Below the pieces are notes generated by a model. It was given only the letters and a program-made list of their open reading frames with translations, made no database searches and was not told where the DNA came from. A stretch of 62,199 nucleotides of DNA, the filler included, from Globobulimina sp. (taxonomy: Eukaryota), in the NCBI GenBank assembly GCA_003354225.1. It is 27 parts of 27 records of this genome, joined end to end, with 100 filler letters (N's around TTAATTAATTAA, not from the genome) between each part and the next. Parts side by side here need not be neighbours in the genome. Positions count along the whole stretch, not along the records: positions 57,688 to 59,893 come from PIVH01008204.1; positions 59,994 to 62,199 come from PIVH01008205.1; 25 more parts are not named here. The stretch is one strand, 5' to 3'. The position numbers and the translations under genes were made by a program. This document shows, piece by piece, positions 57,849 through 62,199 of the stretch (position 1 is the stretch's first letter; the number at the start of each line of letters is the position of its first letter).

Positions 57849-59888
57849 ATGTCTAATTTTTGGGAATGGAGCAAAGACGTATCATTTGTAAATCGTTTTA
57901 TTTTCCCGGCACCCAAACCGAGCTCATACAACAAAGACTCGTTCCCCGACGAACTCTTATTTGTGCCACCAAAAGAAAAATTGTATCACTATTACAAACA
58001 ATTTAAAATGGAGCAATTAAACAAAAACCAAGGACTTCCAAACAATAAATACGATATAAACTCCCCCAAATACAACAAATCGCCCTCCAAACCAGACACA
58101 GCAAACCCATCTGACAGCCATAGCAATAGCAACAGCAACGAATCTAAGCAACAATATTGCGACGCAAACGCCATTCCTTGCATTTACATCGAACGCAAAT
58201 ACCGTTTATCAGAAGCCACGCATTTATTGTTATATCTCCATGGCAACGCTGAAGATTTGGGCAAATGCTATCCTATCATCGACTACATCCGCATGAAGTT
58301 ACAAGTCAACATCTTAGCGCCCGAGTATCCCGGCTATGGTGTGTCCGCAGGCGACGCCAACGAGAACTCTGTATCCGATATGGTCCAAAATGTCTACGAA
58401 TTCGCCATCTCTCCCTACGGCCTCAACGTACCGCCTTCGAGAATCATAATCTATGGCTTCTCCATCGGGTCTGCGGCCGCCTTAAGCTGCACTAATTTCA
58501 GCTTAACCAAAGTTTATATCCCAAACCTATACACTCAGAAAAAAAAGCACATATTGGACGATATCCTGGACTCTGATTCTGACAACAAAATGGATGACGA
58601 CCAGCCTCAGCCGGATCATGACGAGAAAAAATATAATAACCACAGCCACAATAACGAGCAGAAATTGTTACATTACACCGACCAAAAAGGCCAAAAACAG
58701 GCTCCCGCGCCGCCGCGCAAATACTTTTTATCCACTTTTTTGCGCAGTATTCCACACAAAGAGTCTGAACATCGCGTCTTGTTCGCGACGGATACGCCTT
58801 TTTATACTTCGGATATCGACTCCCATGTCGACGGCGATCCGTTTGAGCGCTTGCCATTGGCGTCGTTATTGAATATATTACGCAAAGGAGACGTCGAATA
58901 TCCTACTTCAGTGAATAAGAAAACTCTGTTATTAGTGGCACGAAAGCACGGCTTGATACCGCCGCTAATGTCGTGCAAGAAAGCCAATGTCATTCGAAAA
59001 TACTCGCTATTGATCATTGTGTGTCCTTTTGCCTCGATATCGCAAGTGGTGGCGGACAAAATTGGCGTGTTTGCCTCGTATTTGTTATCGGAGCGGTTTA
59101 AGAATATCGAAGCAGTGAAGAAAGTGCATGGACCGTTGCTGATTATACACGGTAAGGACGACAGTATTATTCCCTATCAACATAGCATTGAGATACACAA
59201 AACTGCGCAAAGTTGCGATATCCAGCCGACACATATCGAGTTATTGGATGGTTGCGACCATAATACGATGGATTTGCGCAAGATCACCAATGTTATAAAT
59301 AAGTTTTTCAAGCATCAGTTCAATTTATGCAAAACATCCAAACGGATGAATGGAAACGGAAATGGCTACGATGCGGATATCGGACATAGATTTAATGTGA
59401 ATGCGCCGTATCCAAAGACCACGCATAATTACGGGCGCATTATACGTGAGTTTGTGGTGCAAATACCAAATTATTGCTGGTTGAAACCGGAGCAGGAAGC
59501 ACAGGAATTGAGTGAAGAGGACAAGGACCGATTGAAGAAGAAACAGGAACAAGATGACGAGGAGTATGCGTTTAATTTGTTTATGAAACAGTTGTTGCAG
59601 CACGAAAATATGCAGACGGCGTCGGCCACGCATTTACAGGCACATCAATCGAGGAAATTGAACAAGTTTTTTGGTCCAATGGGCGATGACTCGCAGTCGC
59701 AATCGCAGTCGCGGACAGTGAACAGTCATATTAGTAGTCGTGTGAGTAGCATTGGGATGGAGGAGAACGATGGCATTGATTTGGAAGAGATGGATAATCA
59801 TCAACGAGAGCCAGAGTATTCGCTATCGCATGCTTTACGATTACAGCCTCATGATATTATTTTGCCGCCTGATTCTTCTTCAAATTAG
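57849..59888 (+). CDS. ABHD13/17-like alpha/beta hydrolase with long insertions
   Basis: FIFPAP, LYLHGNAEDLG, EYPGYG, GFSIG (Ser), IIHGKDD (Asp), CDHN (His). Confidence 0.9.
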   Translation: MSNFWEWSKDVSFVNRFIFPAPKPSSYNKDSFPDELLFVPPKEKLYHYYKQFKMEQLNKNQGLPNNKYDINSPKYNKSPSKPDTANPSDSHSNSNSNESKQQYCDANAIPCIYIERKYRLSEATHLLLYLHGNAEDLGKCYPIIDYIRMKLQVNILAPEYPGYGVSAGDANENSVSDMVQNVYEFAISPYGLNVPPSRIIIYGFSIGSAAALSCTNFSLTKVYIPNLYTQKKKHILDDILDSDSDNKMDDDQPQPDHDEKKYNNHSHNNEQKLLHYTDQKGQKQAPAPPRKYFLSTFLRSIPHKESEHRVLFATDTPFYTSDIDSHVDGDPFERLPLASLLNILRKGDVEYPTSVNKKTLLLVARKHGLIPPLMSCKKANVIRKYSLLIIVCPFASISQVVADKIGVFASYLLSERFKNIEAVKKVHGPLLIIHGKDDSIIPYQHSIEIHKTAQSCDIQPTHIELLDGCDHNTMDLRKITNVINKFFKHQFNLCKTSKRMNGNGNGYDADIGHRFNVNAPYPKTTHNYGRIIREFVVQIPNYCWLKPEQEAQELSEEDKDRLKKKQEQDDEEYAFNLFMKQLLQHENMQTASATHLQAHQSRKLNKFFGPMGDDSQSQSQSRTVNSHISSRVSSIGMEENDGIDLEEMDNHQREPEYSLSHALRLQPHDIILPPDSSSN

Positions 59889-60023
59889 TTTTANNNNNNN
59901 NNNNNNNNNNNNNNNNNNNNNNNNNNNNNNNNNNNNNTTAATTAATTAANNNNNNNNNNNNNNNNNNNNNNNNNNNNNNNNNNNNNNNNNNNNTTTATAA
60001 TGAGTTTTTTCATTTTTCAAATT

Positions 60024-62199
60024 TTCAAAACTCAAAAAAAATCAAATTTTTTCTCCAACTTCTTGCATTCCTACGTAAAATTTTGCGTAGATTTCGAATC
60101 CGACATGCGTTTTTACAATACTACTCAAATTTTTGCGAAAATTTGTATTTACCCTGAAAATTGCTGAAACTGACAAAACCATTCGCCTAACCTACCATAA
60201 ATCATTAGCGAGATCCGACCCAGGCTAATTTCTTTTGCATTGGATATCTCGCATATCAGGCTACGTCTCAAACAAAAATTATTGAAAATCTCAGTGTTCT
60301 AAGAGGAGAAATTAGATACCGAACATGTGTCCTCCAATGTGTTTTTTCATTTTTCAAATTTCGAAAATTCAATACATTTTTTTTCATCTTCTTGCATTCC
60401 CAAGTAGAATTTTGCGCAGATTTCGAATCCGACACCCGTTTTTGCCATACTCGTAAAATTTTTGCGAAATTTTTATTTATGCTGCCCATGTACATGTTTT
60501 GTTATTTAGTATTGTCTTAAACTATTGCCCTTCAACTAATTTCACATCAATTTTGCTGAATTTTTTTATTAAATTAAACAGAATGACATTAAATACAGGA
60601 TTTTTCAACAACTGTGATAGTGGCCGGCCATACATTCATGACCAAAAGATATATTTAATTATAAATGTTATGGATTTTCGAAATATTCAATGAAGTGGAC
60701 CATCTACTATTTCGTTCAAATTCTCGAGGAGAGGACAACATCACGATCGATCATTATGTTTTCATCATCCAGGTAGTTAGATGAGAGTACACATATTCAG
60801 CTGTGTCTTCAGGAGCATCATGGTCTATTTCATCAACTATCCACTTCTTCCCCTTCCTTGCTCTTTTGGCAACAGGTGAATGTGCAGCTGCACCTTCTAT
60901 GCGAACTTTTCTCGCTTTTCGCGAAAAATTGCTCAGAATCTGTTGCTCTGTCAGATCAGGTCAGTCATCCTTTTGGGAATCGAAGAGTTTGTGTTGAAAT
61001 GTAGAGAATATATTCGTGACAACAAGATTATTCTAACATAACAATATTGTATACTTCCAGCCTTCTTTTCTTTTCTCATTTCTTTTGCTACTCAGTTGGC
61101 ATCAACTTTGCGCCCAGTTCTCTCGCCTTCAAGAAATTTATCATCCAGGTATTGCACTTGATTCTGATTAAAACACTCATATGGGGGAGGTTCGCGAAGA
61201 GCCCAACCCATCTGTAATGGCTCAAGCTCTGTTGATTGACAGGCGCTATTGCGAATTTGTTTACAAGTAGATTCAAAAGGTACTGTTATTTTAGGGGAAT
61301 AGAAAAAATTAAGCTGATTGTGCTAAACAGAAACCAGAATATTGAGGACGAGCATCATGATTATTATGAATTTGTTTCGGAAACCACATGGCTGACAGAA
61401 AATTATCCTTGGAGACTGCTCACGCCTACTATTACCAAAACAAACCCGAATGACTTTCAACTCGATGATGATATAGATTACTACGATTGAAATTTCACAG
61501 TTATTCTCGTTTTTGATCACTAAAAACTTTTATTGAGTTTCATCTTCCTCAGCTAGAAAAATCTGAATAAAATAAGACCCTGCCTTTCCAACAACAACAA
61601 AACATGTATAATACAAAAGTACCAGATTTGCAGGGCAGTGTAAATACAAAATTCGCAAAAATTGGTATGGCAAAAACGCATGGCGAGATGGCAAAAATAT
61701 AGAGTATGGCAATGAATAAAAAAGAGTCTATATATAGAAAAACAGCAATAAATATATAGTATGGCGTATAGAGTATGGCAAAAACGGATGTCGGATTCGA
61801 AATCTGCGCAAAATTCTACGTGGGAATGCAAGAAGATGAAAAAAATGAATTGAATTTTCGAAATTTGAAAAATGAAAAAACACATTGGAGGACACATGTT
61901 CGGTATCTAATTTCTCCTCTTAGAACATTGGGATTTTCAATAATTTTTGTTTGAGACATAGCCTGATATGCGAGATATCCAATGCAAAAGAAATTAGCCG
62001 TGGGTCGGATCTCGGTAATGATTTATGGTAGTTTAGGCGAATGATTTTGTCAGTTTCAGCAATTTTCGGGGTAAATACAAATTTTCGTAAAAATTTGAGG
62101 AGTATTGTAAAAGCGCATGTCGGATTCGAAAGCTACGCAAAATTTTACGTAGGAATGCAAGAAGTTGGAGAAAAAATTTGATTTTTTTTGAATTTTCAA
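60024..62199. mobile_element. Decayed long-TIR DNA transposon (arms >=430 bp, both truncated by contig ends)
   Basis: 60024-60452 is the near-identical reverse complement of 61771-62199; each arm has an internal sub-repeat of ~335-bp period. Confidence 0.85.
60750..61180 (-). pseudogene. Remnant of a transposase-like C-terminal domain
   Basis: FLKARELGAKLMPTE/VAKEMRKEKKAG...LFDSQKDD*PDLTEQQILSNFSRKARK, with a frameshift at ~61090 and an internal stop. Confidence 0.5.

Noticed and set aside
2210-59993. Regularly spaced TTAATTAATTAA palindromes and ORFs ending ...XXXLIN
   Set aside because: Artificial contig spacers, not a CRISPR array or biological repeat; gene adjacency across them is meaningless.
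1-62199. tRNA, rRNA, CRISPR arrays or prokaryotic operons/defence systems
   Set aside because: None recognisable by eye; the genes have spliceosomal introns and eukaryote-specific products.

Overview
This is not one continuous locus. It is 27 unrelated short contigs (2209 down to 2206 bp, sorted by length) joined by 26 identical 100-nt artificial spacers (N44-TTAATTAATTAA-N44), so nothing across a spacer is real linkage. The DNA is from an AT-rich eukaryote that uses the standard code. It has short GT-AG introns (mostly 54-97 nt), tight intergenic spaces and a recurrent 'aatcATG' start context. The gene content (IFT52, DRC8, GPCR-PIPK, 7TM-RGS, SPRY-like, PLS-like PPR, Pro/Thr-repeat surface proteins) suggests a rhizarian, probably a foraminiferan; this is an inference. 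Mobile elements are a DIRS/Ngaro-type retroelement fragment, two related MITEs and a decayed long-TIR DNA transposon. The strongest novelty candidate is at 32368-32892: a MerC-like 4-TM metal-transporter ORF with two consecutive in-frame TGA codons where the metal-binding Cys pair is expected. It is followed by a long 3'UTR stem-loop containing a GUGA/UGA core, so it may be an undescribed tandem-selenocysteine (UU) selenoprotein with a non-canonical SECIS. Other highlights are a circularly permuted ASCH domain, an ART-toxin-like family, a structured 251-nt intron, a PDZ-annexin fusion and a fungal-type exon spliced into a contig. All family assignments come from motif recognition; no database search was run. 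Several genes carry single indels or stops, so assembly error or pseudogenisation is a live alternative throughout.
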